From an uncultured cyanobacterium (GTDB taxonomy: Bacteria > Cyanobacteriota > Cyanobacteriia > Cyanobacteriales > CAWCAG01), in contig CAWCAG010000005.1 of NCBI GenBank assembly GCA_963793425.1, positions 1,632,001 through 1,696,000 on the forward strand: a DNA stretch of 64,000 nt. Reading direction: 5' to 3'. Below are positions 39,489 through 49,927 of this stretch, one piece after another (positions within the stretch are counted from its first letter, which is position 1; each line of letters begins with the position of its first letter). The translations under genes and the position numbers were made by a program. The notes beneath the pieces were generated by a model. It did not search any database. It was not told where the DNA came from and saw only the letters and a list, made by a program, of their open reading frames with translations.

Positions 39489-41969
39489 ATGTCCATTTCC
39501 GTAGCAGAGCCTGGAGCTTCTTACCAAGGGCGCGATCGCTTCAAATCACAAAAGTTTATTGAAGTATTGGTATATTGCCCTGGAGTCCAAGAGTTGTATA
39601 CCTATGAACTACCAGATGATTTAACCGTTGAGCCAGGGTATATTGTCATAGTTCCCTTCGGAGCGCAAATCTTAGCAGGTATCGCCATTCGCTGTGTTGA
39701 TTCTCCTCCACCAGGTTTGGCTCCCCAAGATATTCGAGAAATAGAGGATGTAACTAGCTCAGGATTCTTTCCTCCTTTTTATTGCCAACTACTCCACCGC
39801 ATCGCACAATATTACTGTGTTCCTTTGATTGAGGTGATTCGCGCCGCTTTGCCTCCTGGTTTGCTAAAGGGTTATCAAAGGCGCATTCGCTTACAAACAG
39901 ATTCATTGCCCCCAGGATGGGAAGCTTTTTGCAGCAGCGCAGCACAGAAAATTGTGCAACTCCTTTTATCTCAAGCTAACAGAGATTACAGCGCCAAACA
40001 TCTTTATCGCCAAGTTAGGGGAGGAGAGAAAGGAATAAAAGAATTAATTAAACGAGGTTGGGTAGAAAGTTACCTCGAACCCCCAAAACCTCCTCGCCCA
40101 AAACAACAAAAAGCAGTTACCTTAATCGCTAATTCCCTCCCCACCAAACTAACACCTAAACAAAGAGAAGTTTGGGAGATACTGCGGCGTAGGGGAGGGG
40201 AACTTTGGTTACAAGAACTATTACAAATTTGCCACACTAGTTCTTCTGTGGTTGAGAATTTGGAAAGTAAAGGTTGTGTTGTTATCGAAGCTAGGGAAAG
40301 GTTGCGTACCCTACAAGAATTAATGCCGGAAAGGGACAAAGAGAAAAACTTAACCCCAGAACAGTTCCTCGCTTCAACCGCTATTTCCAGCTTAGAAAGC
40401 TATACTCAAATACTGCTCCACGGAGTCACAGGTTCAGGGAAAACAGAAGTATATTTGCAGGCGATCGCACCATTATTAACAGCAGGTAAATCTGTTTTAG
40501 TCTTAGTGCCAGAAATCGGCTTAACTCCCCAATTAACAGACCGTTTCCGCGCTCGTTTTGGTAACAAAGTTTGGGTTTATCATAGTGGCCTTAATTCAGG
40601 GGAACGCTATGACACCTGGCGTAGTTTAATTAACCAAGAAGCTAGTATTGTTATTGGTACTCGTTCAGCGATTTTTGCACCCTTAAGCAATTTGGGTTTA
40701 ATTATTCTTGATGAAGAACATGATTCTAGTTACAAACAAGATGACGTTACGCCAACTTACCATGCCCGTACTGTAGCGAAATGGCGGGCAGAATTAGCAG
40801 ATTGTCCCTTAATTTTGGGTTCTGCAACCCCTTCTATTACAACTTGGGTGGAAGTTCACTCCACCGAAAAGGAAAATAACTTGTACCTTTCCTTACCCAA
40901 TAGAGTTCAATCTCGTCCCTTACCCCCAGTAGAAATTGTTGATTTGCGGCGAGAACTTCAGCAAGGCAACCGCTCTATTTTTAGTAGTTCCCTCCAAAAT
41001 GCTTTAGAAAGGTTGCAACAACGAAAAGAACAGGGCATACTCTTTATTCCTCGTCGTGGTTATAGCACCTTCGTTTCCTGCCGTAGCTGCGGTTATGTTA
41101 TCGAATGTCCCCATTGTGATGTTTCCCTTTCCTATCACCATACCCACCAACAAGCCACAGAATTACTACGGTGTCATTACTGCAACCATACCCAAGTTCA
41201 GCCCCGTAGTTGTCCTGAATGCAATTCCCCTTATTTCAAACATTTTGGTACTGGGACACAAAAAGTTGCCCAGGAATTGAGTAAAAGCTTTCCGGAGTTG
41301 CGTTTCATCCGCTTTGACAGCGATACAACCCGTACCAAAGGCGCACATCGCATTCTCTTAACCCGTTTTGCCAAAGGGGAGGCAGATTTATTAATCGGCA
41401 CGCAAATGCTTACTAAGGGTTTAGATTTAGCCCAAGTTACCTTAGTGGGGGTGGTTGCAGCCGATGGGCTATTACACCAAGAAGATTACTGCGCCAGTGA
41501 AAGAGCTTTCCAGAATTTGACCCAAGTGGCAGGGAGGGCAGGAAGGGGAAGCGAACCGGGTAAAGTGATTATCCAAACCTACTCTCCTCATCATCCGGTT
41601 ATAGAAGCAGTTAAAAACCATGATTACCATAGTTTTATTGCCGATGCCTTAGCCCAGCGCCAAGATTGTAATTATCCTCCCTATGGACGTTTAATCCTCC
41701 TGAAACTGAAAGGTTTATCCCCTTTAGATGTGGCTAAAACTGCTGAGGCGATCGCCAATTCCTGTGAACAACTTTCGACTTCAAACTACGAAATTCTTGG
41801 CCCCGCCCCAGCCAGAATAATGCGCGTTGCCCGTCGTCACCATTGGCAAATTCTCCTTAAGTTTCCTCCTGAAGCAGAAGTTGATGTTTCTAAGTTAATT
41901 CAGTTACGGAATTTGTGTCCGCAAGGAGTTAGTTTAACAATTAATGTTGATCCTTTAAGTATGGAGTGA
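39489..41969 (+). CDS. priA: Primosomal protein N'
   Basis: HGVTGSGKTEVY, VPEIGLTPQ, LDEEHDSSYKQ, Cys-rich Zn region, GTQMLTKGLD, QVAGRAGR. Confidence 0.97.
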   Translation: MSISVAEPGASYQGRDRFKSQKFIEVLVYCPGVQELYTYELPDDLTVEPGYIVIVPFGAQILAGIAIRCVDSPPPGLAPQDIREIEDVTSSGFFPPFYCQLLHRIAQYYCVPLIEVIRAALPPGLLKGYQRRIRLQTDSLPPGWEAFCSSAAQKIVQLLLSQANRDYSAKHLYRQVRGGEKGIKELIKRGWVESYLEPPKPPRPKQQKAVTLIANSLPTKLTPKQREVWEILRRRGGELWLQELLQICHTSSSVVENLESKGCVVIEARERLRTLQELMPERDKEKNLTPEQFLASTAISSLESYTQILLHGVTGSGKTEVYLQAIAPLLTAGKSVLVLVPEIGLTPQLTDRFRARFGNKVWVYHSGLNSGERYDTWRSLINQEASIVIGTRSAIFAPLSNLGLIILDEEHDSSYKQDDVTPTYHARTVAKWRAELADCPLILGSATPSITTWVEVHSTEKENNLYLSLPNRVQSRPLPPVEIVDLRRELQQGNRSIFSSSLQNALERLQQRKEQGILFIPRRGYSTFVSCRSCGYVIECPHCDVSLSYHHTHQQATELLRCHYCNHTQVQPRSCPECNSPYFKHFGTGTQKVAQELSKSFPELRFIRFDSDTTRTKGAHRILLTRFAKGEADLLIGTQMLTKGLDLAQVTLVGVVAADGLLHQEDYCASERAFQNLTQVAGRAGRGSEPGKVIIQTYSPHHPVIEAVKNHDYHSFIADALAQRQDCNYPPYGRLILLKLKGLSPLDVAKTAEAIANSCEQLSTSNYEILGPAPARIMRVARRHHWQILLKFPPEAEVDVSKLIQLRNLCPQGVSLTINVDPLSME

Positions 41970-42077
41970 TTTAACTAAACATTTATTAGTTTTAGTGGTA
42001 GAGTATCAAAAATCTCTCAAAGTTAAAAGCCACATTAATATCTGTTCGATATTTTACTAGCTATCCAAAGGGTAATC

Positions 42078-42827
42078 ATAGGAAGTTATAAGAACATCAA
42101 AAAGCCTACTTTTCAACCATCTCAGGCTTCACAGAATTTAAGTTTGCAACGAAAGGGTAACTTAGGGCTGCCACTACAAAAACCAAAGGGGCAAACCTTA
42201 GAAGAAATGGAAATTGCCAGGAAGAATGCAGAGCGCCTGGGGGATCATATGGTTGATTTTTCTTCAACCCCTCCTCCAGGAGTTCAAGCAAAGTTAAATA
42301 TCGGGGAATTTGGGGATAAGTATGAACAAGAAGCGGATTCTGTCGCTGGTCAAGTAGTAGAAGAGATTAACTCTCCTCAAGGAGAAGTCGGGCCAAGTGT
42401 TATGCGTCAGTGTGAGGCTTGTGAGGGAGAAAAAGAGGAATCTTCAACTTCTTTGCAGCGCAAAAGAGAGGTCGCCGAAGGTGCAGTTTCTGAAGGATTA
42501 TTACATCGCAGTGAGAGGGTAGGACAAGATGGCTTTATTTACCAAGGGGCTTATGCACAGGATTTTACCCCTATGGTGCAGCCAAGAAGAGAACAAATTA
42601 ATTCTTTTGCTTCTCAGGAAATAGGGCAAAGAGAAACTGAGCCGAATGTCATGCGTCAGTGTGATGCTTGTGAAGGGCAAGAGAAATAGGAATCTTCAGT
42701 AGTACGAGCAAAGCCAACTGTAGGGGAATCAGAGGATAAAGATAGCCAAAAAGCTTTAGAAGCCAGAGAAAAACCTACTGAGCTTAATGCTGAAATAGAT
42801 ACTCCACAAGAAGTCGCGGCAGCGCAA
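42078..42827 (+). pseudogene. Inactivated paralog of the 21367 toxin-like gene
   Basis: Colinear with 21367-22113. The start codon is ATA instead of ATG (42078), there is an in-frame TAG at 42687-42689, and homology ends at EVAAAQ where an IS630 fragment begins. Confidence 0.85.
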
Positions 42828-43032
42828 CCGACAAATTCAGCAATATCTTGCTGGGTTTTACCATCATTTAGTAATAGTAAGATGAGAATTCTTTCTCTAA
42901 TATTCCCATTTTCTTCTCTCTTTAGAGCTTTTTGTAGCTTTTCTTTTTGTTCTGATGTGAGATGATTTTTGGCTGGCATTTTACGCTGATTTTGATTTTA
43001 GATTATACCCTATTTAAAAGCATGACAGCTTA
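42828..43032 (-). mobile_element. IS630-family 5' fragment
   Basis: MPAKNHLTSEQKEKLQKALKREENGNIRERILILLLLNDGKTQQDIAEFVGC is an IS630-type N-terminal HTH; the probable end is ...gcatgacagctta. Confidence 0.7.
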
Positions 43033-43266
43033 TTGAGCAAGCAATTGAATCTAGGGAAGAAATGCAAATGGAAGAGTGTGCTAGTGCAATCTCTACATGG
43101 ATTTGAGCATATTGTTACAGATTCCCACAATAGGAAACTAGAAAAACAAGCCTATAAGCAGCTTGTAGAAATGAAATCTGACCCTTCCGAAAATGTTAGC
43201 GATGAAGTTGAGATATTTGAGATATCTTTGCAAAGGATAGCTAATAAAGGGATTAAGTTACCGTGA
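43033..43266 (+). pseudogene. Possible remnant of a toxin C-terminus
   Basis: Short ORF between the IS end and the immunity-like genes; no recognised motif. Confidence 0.3.
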
Positions 43267-43273
43267 TGAAATT

Positions 43274-43341
43274 ATGAAAGATAAGCTTTAATTTTAGAAA
43301 AAATAGAAAACAGCTTTGATAATTCAGCATATCCTGGTTAA
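43274..43341 (+). pseudogene. DUF6714-like 5' stub
   Basis: ILEKIENSFDNSAYPG* is nearly identical at DNA level to 23013-23060. Confidence 0.75.
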
Positions 43342-43353
43342 GCAAAAAAATAG

Positions 43354-43923
43354 ATGCAATATTGGATTAATGAGAAAGACATAGAACCAGATACTTCTCT
43401 GGCACTCTATCGCTGTGTTGTTGCCTGGGCAGCAGATCATAGTAGATACTTCATAATGACATTGCAGTCTGGTATCTACAATCACCCAGAAGATGAAAAA
43501 CGACTTTGTGCATTAGGAAAAGTGAAAACTATACCTGTTTCCGAACCAACAGAATTGGAGAATCAGCTATTTCAAGAAGTGATTACTCTTGTCAGTTCAT
43601 TAGGAGATTTAGTTGAATTGCGCGTGGGTGAGAAGACTACAAAAATTCTTCAAGTACAAGGCATACCAAATGAAGAATTAGTGAGAGAATTGACACTCCA
43701 AGTAGCCCCTGATAAAGCTATAAGCGGCGATACTTGTCCAGCAGAAGATTTAGAGATGTTTATAGGTGATCGTCGCCTCTACGCTTTGTCTGACTATGGA
43801 CGAACTCAGGTTTTGGATGTTACGACTGGAGAAATCAACAGTTTGCACCAAACTTTGAGGCAAAATGAGCTTGATCCTAGCCACATAGTACCAGTACCAA
43901 ATGATGTTTATGAAACCCAGTGA
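43354..43923 (+). CDS. Hypothetical protein (candidate immunity protein)
   Basis: 189-aa ORF starting at ATG in the second toxin cassette; no recognised family. Confidence 0.55.
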   Translation: MQYWINEKDIEPDTSLALYRCVVAWAADHSRYFIMTLQSGIYNHPEDEKRLCALGKVKTIPVSEPTELENQLFQEVITLVSSLGDLVELRVGEKTTKILQVQGIPNEELVRELTLQVAPDKAISGDTCPAEDLEMFIGDRRLYALSDYGRTQVLDVTTGEINSLHQTLRQNELDPSHIVPVPNDVYETQ

Positions 43924-44117
43924 TAATCGATAACTTATGCTATTTAAATAGGATTTTGTATAAAATCTGCTTTAACTAATCCCCCTGTTTAATTGAATTT
44001 GGGAAGGGGAAGAATCATAAACTCATCCTTGGACTTCTTTATCTATTTGGAAATCAAGCTTTGTTTCAAGGTAAACAACATTTTTTCTTTCTTAATGAGA
44101 ATTAATCTAAAATATTA

Positions 44118-44873
44118 CTACACAGCTAAGAAGCGATCAACTACTTCTTGACTCAACTCACTGGTAGAACCAGAAGCGACAATTCCCCCTTTTTGCATTG
44201 CATAATAATAGTCAGCTTGGCGAACAAAATGCAAATGCTGTTCTACTAGTAAAACGGAAATTCCTGTACTTTCAATAATGCGACGTACTGCCGCTTCAAT
44301 TTCTAGGATAATTGAGGGTTGAATCCCTTCTGTGGGTTCATCCAAAACTAATAACTGAGGTTTTCCCATTAAGGCACGGGCGATCGCAAGTTGTTGTTGT
44401 TGTCCACCGCTTAAGTCTCCTCCTCGTCGAGAAAGCATGGTTTTAAGTACTGGGAAGAGGGCAAAGATTTCTTCCGGTATTTCTTGCTTACCTTTCCTGC
44501 CTTGGGGGCGGGCTTCTAAACCTAATAACAAGTTTTCTTCTACTGTGACGCGGGGAATTATTTCTCTACCTTGAGGTACGTAACCAATACCCAATCTTGC
44601 TCTTTTATCAGTGGCAAGTTTGTCAATAGGTATGCCGGAAAAACTAATAGTTCCTATACGCTGTTTAAGTAAGCCAATAATTGTTTTTAATAAAGTTGTT
44701 TTTCCCACTCCATTACGGCCAATTAAACAAACCATTTGTCCTTTAGGAACACTTAAATCAACATTACGGAGAATATGACTTTCCCCATAATAAACGTTCA
44801 ATCCCGAAACTTGCAGCATCGGCGGCTGCGAAACTTCATCACTTACTGGAACATCAATATTAGTTTGAGTCAT
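44118..44873 (-). CDS. urtE: Urea ABC transporter ATP-binding subunit
   Basis: GRNGVGKT, GYVPQGRE, LSGGQQQQ, DEPTEGIQPS; position in the operon. Confidence 0.95.
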   Translation of the reverse strand: MTQTNIDVPVSDEVSQPPMLQVSGLNVYYGESHILRNVDLSVPKGQMVCLIGRNGVGKTTLLKTIIGLLKQRIGTISFSGIPIDKLATDKRARLGIGYVPQGREIIPRVTVEENLLLGLEARPQGRKGKQEIPEEIFALFPVLKTMLSRRGGDLSGGQQQQLAIARALMGKPQLLVLDEPTEGIQPSIILEIEAAVRRIIESTGISVLLVEQHLHFVRQADYYYAMQKGGIVASGSTSELSQEVVDRFLAV

Positions 44874-44967
44874 TTTATTTGCTATTTGCTAGTTGCTAAT
44901 TATTTTTTCCCTGAAGTAGCAAGAAATATACTCTTAAAGCTAATAGCTAATAGCTAACAGCTAATAG

Positions 44968-45747
44968 CTATGTTTCTTCCCCTAAATAAACCTCAATTAC
45001 ACGAGGATCATTTTGTACCTCATCCATGTTGCCTTCACAAAGTACTGAACCTTGATGTAAAACGGTTACTTGACGAGCAATTTGTCGGACAAATTCCATA
45101 TCATGTTCAATAACAATAATAGAATGACTTTCCGCTAATGCTAATAGTAGTTCCCCCACATTTTCTGTTTCTTCATCAGTCAAACCAGCAACAGGTTCAT
45201 CTACTAATAATAAGTCGGGGGATTGAGCAACTAACATTCCTATTTCTAAGCGCTGTTTTTCACCATGGGAAAGTAAGTCTGCGAGTAAATCAGCTTTGGA
45301 TGTTAAACCAATAGTTTCCATTAAGCCAGTAACATTACGTTGTTCGCTAGCTGAAGGACGACCAAAAAGAGTGCCAAAAACGTTTTTTTTGCGGTTACAA
45401 ACTAAATCCAAATTTTCCCTGACTGTTAAGTTTAAAAGCACTCGCGGAGTTTGAAATTTACGACCAATACCTAAGCGAGAAATCTTATCTTCTGAAAGCC
45501 GTTTTAAGTTGCGCCCTTTAAATAAAACTTGTCCTTCTGTAGGTTGAACTTTGCCAGTAATGACATCTAAAAAAGTAGTTTTTCCCGCCCCATTAGGACC
45601 AATAACCACTCGCAATTCTCCAGTATTTAAAGCAAGATTCAAGTTATTAAGGGCTTTAAAACCATCAAAATTGACTGTGAGATTCTGTATTTCTAATATT
45701 TTTTCATTAGTCATTGGAAATAATAAGTAATGAGTAACAACTGACAA
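44968..45747 (-). CDS. urtD: Urea ABC transporter ATP-binding subunit
   Basis: GPNGAGKT, GRKFQTP, LSHGEKQRLEIG, DEPVAG; the true start may be the later MTNEK. Confidence 0.95.
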   Translation of the reverse strand: MSVVTHYLLFPMTNEKILEIQNLTVNFDGFKALNNLNLALNTGELRVVIGPNGAGKTTFLDVITGKVQPTEGQVLFKGRNLKRLSEDKISRLGIGRKFQTPRVLLNLTVRENLDLVCNRKKNVFGTLFGRPSASEQRNVTGLMETIGLTSKADLLADLLSHGEKQRLEIGMLVAQSPDLLLVDEPVAGLTDEETENVGELLLALAESHSIIVIEHDMEFVRQIARQVTVLHQGSVLCEGNMDEVQNDPRVIEVYLGEET

Positions 45748-45789
45748 TTATTCATTGATGCCTAACGGTAACGGCAAACTGTACATTGA

Positions 45790-46944
45790 TCATTTATCAT
45801 TGATTATTGATTCCCGTTCTTTCGCTACCTCTGGATCTTCTTCTAAACTAGGATATGTAAAAGCTTGTTTACGCGGGGAAAATAGCGATCGCAGTTGCTT
45901 GAATAAGCCAACTATCCCTTCAGGGAGTACGGTAACAACTATTAAAAATAATGCCCCTTGGAAAAATAGCCAAATTTCAGGATATTCTTCGCTTAAAAAG
46001 GTTCTTGCCCAGTTAACTATTAAAGTACCAATTATTGCCCCGACTAATGTTCCTCGCCCTCCTACTGCCACCCAAATTACCATTTCAATGGAGAAAGCAA
46101 CTTCCATGAAACTGGGTGTAATAATTCCTGATTGTACTGTGTATAAAGCCCCGGAAATTCCGGCGATCGCACCAGAAATAGCAAAGACTAACACCTTGAA
46201 TCCAGTGGGGTTATAACCAGAAAAACGTACCCGATTTTCATCATCACGGATAGCAATCAACATCCTACCAAAACGACCACTAGTTAACCACCGGCAAAAC
46301 AAGTAAGTAAGCAGAAGTACGAAAATAGTAATTTCATAAAAAGCTATTTGGGCTGATTGGGAACTAATGACAGCACCAAAGAAAGTTGCTGTATCCGTTT
46401 TTAGTCCGTTAGTACCGTTAATTAGTTTTTGTTGACCGTTGAAAAAGTTGAAAAAGACCAGTAGTGCTGCTTGGGTTAAAATTGAAAAGTAAACCCCTTT
46501 AATTCTGTTACGAAATACCAAATAACCCAACAAACCTGCCACAATTGCGGGGATCAGAAAAATAGCAATTAAGGTGAAAGGAAAAGAGTAAAAAGGTTGC
46601 CAGAAAAAAGGCAGCTTATCAACGCCGTATAAACTAAAAAAGTCAGGTAACTCTCCAGGGGGAATTTGTAGTTTGAGGTGCATCGCCAAAGCGTAGCCCC
46701 CAAGGGCAAAAAAGATGCCATGACCTAAGCTAAGTAAGCCAGTATAGCCCCAAATTAAGTCGATTCCTAAAGCAACTATAGCTAAGGAGAGAAACCTTCC
46801 GAACAGTCTCAGGCGAAAATCTCCTAAAACTAAGGGCATTACTACAGCAAGCAAAAGAAGAGTCGCGACTAGAGCAGCAACTTCAATAGCGAGCCTACGC
46901 CGTTTTTTATGCTTAATGTTACGATTGACAAGAGATGTTTCCAC
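45790..46944 (-). CDS. urtC: Urea ABC transporter permease
   Basis: DLIWGYTGLLSLGHG, RIKGVYFSILTQA, IRDDENRVRFSGY. Confidence 0.95.
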   Translation of the reverse strand: METSLVNRNIKHKKRRRLAIEVAALVATLLLLAVVMPLVLGDFRLRLFGRFLSLAIVALGIDLIWGYTGLLSLGHGIFFALGGYALAMHLKLQIPPGELPDFFSLYGVDKLPFFWQPFYSFPFTLIAIFLIPAIVAGLLGYLVFRNRIKGVYFSILTQAALLVFFNFFNGQQKLINGTNGLKTDTATFFGAVISSQSAQIAFYEITIFVLLLTYLFCRWLTSGRFGRMLIAIRDDENRVRFSGYNPTGFKVLVFAISGAIAGISGALYTVQSGIITPSFMEVAFSIEMVIWVAVGGRGTLVGAIIGTLIVNWARTFLSEEYPEIWLFFQGALFLIVVTVLPEGIVGLFKQLRSLFSPRKQAFTYPSLEEDPEVAKERESIINDK

Positions 46945-46984
46945 TTTTCAAGTTACCTATTACCTATTACCTATTACCTATTAC

Positions 46985-48157
46985 CTAATTCTCTACCGCA
47001 CGTCCTTTTTGAGGGAAAATGCCAGAAGGTTTGATTTGTAAAAAGGCAATAATTAAAGCAAAAATCATTACCTTTGCCATACTTGTAGTTGCAAAGAAAG
47101 TAAAAAAGTCAATGATAGGTTTTAATGATTCAGTTGCAGGAGGAAGCAACAGGGCAATTGTTCCTGTACCAATTAAATAAGTAATGATGCCAATTGCTAA
47201 AGCAGCTAAGATTGTTCCTAATAAATTGCCTACGCCACCAACTACCACTACCATAAAAGTATCAACAATATAAAGTTGACCAATATTAGGCCCTACTGAA
47301 CCTAAAAGAGTGATGGCACAACCAGCTATCCCAGCTAAACCTGACCCCAAGGCAAAAGTAATCGCATCTACTTGATCTGTGGGGATTCCTAAACAGGCAC
47401 TCATGGTACGATTTTGGGTAACAGACCTAATTTTTAATCCCCAATTAGTACCATTTAAAAACCAGTAAATAGCAGCGACACAAATAATTGTGAGAACGAT
47501 AATAAATACTCTTGTATAAGCAAATTGTAAACTACCTAAAGATAAACCCTCTTGCAGCCATCCTGGGGCGCTAACATCAACGTTTCTGGTATCAAACCAA
47601 GGCTTTGTCCAGGTTTGGCTATCGCTTTTGTTGATTAATATTCCCAATGCGATCGCAATTCCCCCGGAGATAGTTAATAGTAAGGCGATCGCTTTATCTT
47701 TTATACTTTGCCAATTGCTACGGCGTTTGAGAATAGTAAGTCCGCCTAAAAAAAGCAAACCAAAAACTCCTAAACAAATAGCTAACATCCCGCTAACACT
47801 ACGAACAAATTGCCGTAATATCAGGCTAACGCCCCAAGTCGCAAGTAATGTTTCTAATGGTCTGCCATAAAGGAAGCGAATCACCGTTTTTTCTAAAAGC
47901 AATCCTACTATTGCTGCTACGATAAAAGCACAGGGAATAGCGAAGAAAAAGTAGGAGTTATATAAAGACTCAGGTAAGTAAGCTTTGAAGGTGTTTTGGA
48001 CTACAAAAGTTGTGTAAGCCCCCAACATCATTAACTCGCCGTGGGCAAGATTAATTACCCCCATGAGTCCAAAAACAATCGCTAGTCCTAATGCTGCAAG
48101 CAAAAGTACCGAACCAATACTAATGCCATCAAAAAGTCCTTGTATTAGTGGTAACAC
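46985..48157 (-). CDS. urtB: Urea ABC transporter permease
   Basis: GLAIVFGLMGVINLAHGE, RPLETLLATWG, IRSVTQNR. Confidence 0.95.
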   Translation of the reverse strand: MLPLIQGLFDGISIGSVLLLAALGLAIVFGLMGVINLAHGELMMLGAYTTFVVQNTFKAYLPESLYNSYFFFAIPCAFIVAAIVGLLLEKTVIRFLYGRPLETLLATWGVSLILRQFVRSVSGMLAICLGVFGLLFLGGLTILKRRSNWQSIKDKAIALLLTISGGIAIALGILINKSDSQTWTKPWFDTRNVDVSAPGWLQEGLSLGSLQFAYTRVFIIVLTIICVAAIYWFLNGTNWGLKIRSVTQNRTMSACLGIPTDQVDAITFALGSGLAGIAGCAITLLGSVGPNIGQLYIVDTFMVVVVGGVGNLLGTILAALAIGIITYLIGTGTIALLLPPATESLKPIIDFFTFFATTSMAKVMIFALIIAFLQIKPSGIFPQKGRAVEN

Positions 48158-48323
48158 TTCAGTTAAGGGATTTTAGTTTCAATTTTGGTTTAGATGTAGA
48201 GTATAATGCGGCTTCCCCTGAAATTGTTCATTGCAAGCACTTTGGCAAAAGTAATAAGTAATAAGTTTTGAATGTAATCTAGTCTAATTACCCATTACCT
48301 ATCACCCATTACCTGTTACCTTC

Positions 48324-49646
48324 TTAAGACTCTTCTAATTCATACTTGCCACCCTTTTCTGGATCACTCCAGTCGCAACCGAAACCCTTAGTATCGGGAA
48401 CATATTGATTCCAGGGTATAGGATCAACTGCCCCTTCACTAGATGACACAATCTCAAATAAACCGTCGTCGCGCACTTCACCAATTCTCACTGTTTGAGA
48501 AATGTGATGATTAGCTTTCATTTCTACTGGCCCTTGAGGGGCATCAAAGGTTTGACCAATGGCCGCTTCTCTTACTGCTTCAAGATCCGTTGTACCAGCT
48601 TCTTCTACTGCCTGCTTCCAAAGGTATACCATGATGTAAGCAGATTCCATCGGATCGTTAGTTACACGGTCTTCCCCATACTCTGCTTTGAAAGCTTCGA
48701 CAAATTTGTCATTTTCAGGAGTTTCAACGGTCTGGTAGTAGTTCCAAGATGCGTAGTGACCTTCAAGGAAATCTGCGCCGATGGTACGTACTTCTTCTTC
48801 AGCAATACTTACTGACATAACAGGATACTTATCTGCTGTAAGGCCGGCACTCTTCATTTGCTTAAAGAAGGCGACGTTACTATCCCCATTAAGGCTATTA
48901 AAGATTACCCCACCATCGGGCAAAGCTTGTTTAATTTTAGTGATGATTGGAGTAACTTCGGTATTACCCAAAGGTAAATAATCTTCCCCGACTGTTTCAC
49001 CATCTTTGGCCTTAAGCTGCTCTTTAATAATTGTATTAGCAGTACGGGGGAAAACATAATCTGAACCAACTAAGAAAAATTCCTTACCCTTATTTTCTAA
49101 TAACCAATCTACAGCAGGTTCAATTTGTTGGTTAGGTGCTGCCCCAGTGTAAAAGATATTTTTAGAGCATTCTTGCCCTTCATACTGTACTGGATACCAA
49201 AGCATATGGTCTTTGGACTCAAAAACATCTAATACCGCTTTACGGCTAGCAGAAGTCCAACAGCCAAACACAGTCACAACTTCATCTTGATCAATTAACT
49301 TAGTAGCTTTCTCAGCAAAGGTTGGCCAATCAGAAGCCCCATCTTCTTGGATTGCTTCAATCTGCTTACCTAAAACTCCCCCAGCTTCGTTAATTTCTTT
49401 AATAGCTAGCATTTCCGCATCTACTACGGTAGTTTCGCTGATAGCCATTGTGCCGCTAAGAGAGTGGAGAATACCAACTTTAATTGTCTCACCATCCCCG
49501 GCAGGAGTTGAGGCTTCTGAACCTTCGTTTTCCTCAGTCCCTTCTATTGCTTCTTCTGTGTCGCCACAAGCCTTGAGTAATAAGCTAGTACCTAAAGCTG
49601 CGGAGCCATAAAATAAGAATTTCCGTCTTCCTAATCGTCCTACCAT
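48324..49646 (-). CDS. urtA: Urea ABC transporter substrate-binding protein
   Basis: Tat/lipoprotein-like leader RRKFL...[36 protein letters not shown]. Confidence 0.96.
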   Translation of the reverse strand: MVGRLGRRKFLFYGSAALGTSLLLKACGDTEEAIEGTEENEGSEASTPAGDGETIKVGILHSLSGTMAISETTVVDAEMLAIKEINEAGGVLGKQIEAIQEDGASDWPTFAEKATKLIDQDEVVTVFGCWTSASRKAVLDVFESKDHMLWYPVQYEGQECSKNIFYTGAAPNQQIEPAVDWLLENKGKEFFLVGSDYVFPRTANTIIKEQLKAKDGETVGEDYLPLGNTEVTPIITKIKQALPDGGVIFNSLNGDSNVAFFKQMKSAGLTADKYPVMSVSIAEEEVRTIGADFLEGHYASWNYYQTVETPENDKFVEAFKAEYGEDRVTNDPMESAYIMVYLWKQAVEEAGTTDLEAVREAAIGQTFDAPQGPVEMKANHHISQTVRIGEVRDDGLFEIVSSSEGAVDPIPWNQYVPDTKGFGCDWSDPEKGGKYELEES

Positions 49647-49733
49647 AATCTATCTCTTGTGTAATTGTACTTGTAACCGACTACTTTTTGTGTGAGGAGG
49701 AAAATACAGAGTTAATAAGTGGTTGAGCTTTGT

Positions 49734-49776
49734 ATGGTACGGTCTGTCCCTATAGATGTTTTGTAGTTTAGGATAC
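49734..49776 (-). promoter_or_regulatory. NtcA-activated promoter of the urt operon
   Basis: GTA-N8-TAC (gtagtttaggatac, 49763-49776) with the -10 box TACCAT (minus strand, 49739-49734) 23 nt downstream. Confidence 0.85.
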
Positions 49777-49927
49777 AAAAAAACGTTTATCCTCTATCAG
49801 TCCTCTCCCCGTCTATAAAGTAGGTTTTTAAAAACTGCTTCTAACTTTTTGAAATAAATTACTTGTACAATACAAAAGGCTTAAGGAATTTCACTAGGTA
49901 ACTGGTCATTTGGAGGGGTAAGAGGTA

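Noticed and set aside
21367..42827. Diversity-generating retroelement (template/variable repeat pair)
   Set aside because: There is no reverse transcriptase, differences between the copies are not adenine-specific, and the repeat covers the N-terminus rather than a C-terminal variable region
42656..42979. 107-aa ORF as a real protein
   Set aside because: It is a chimera of an IS630 N-terminus and the antisense strand of the toxin pseudogene
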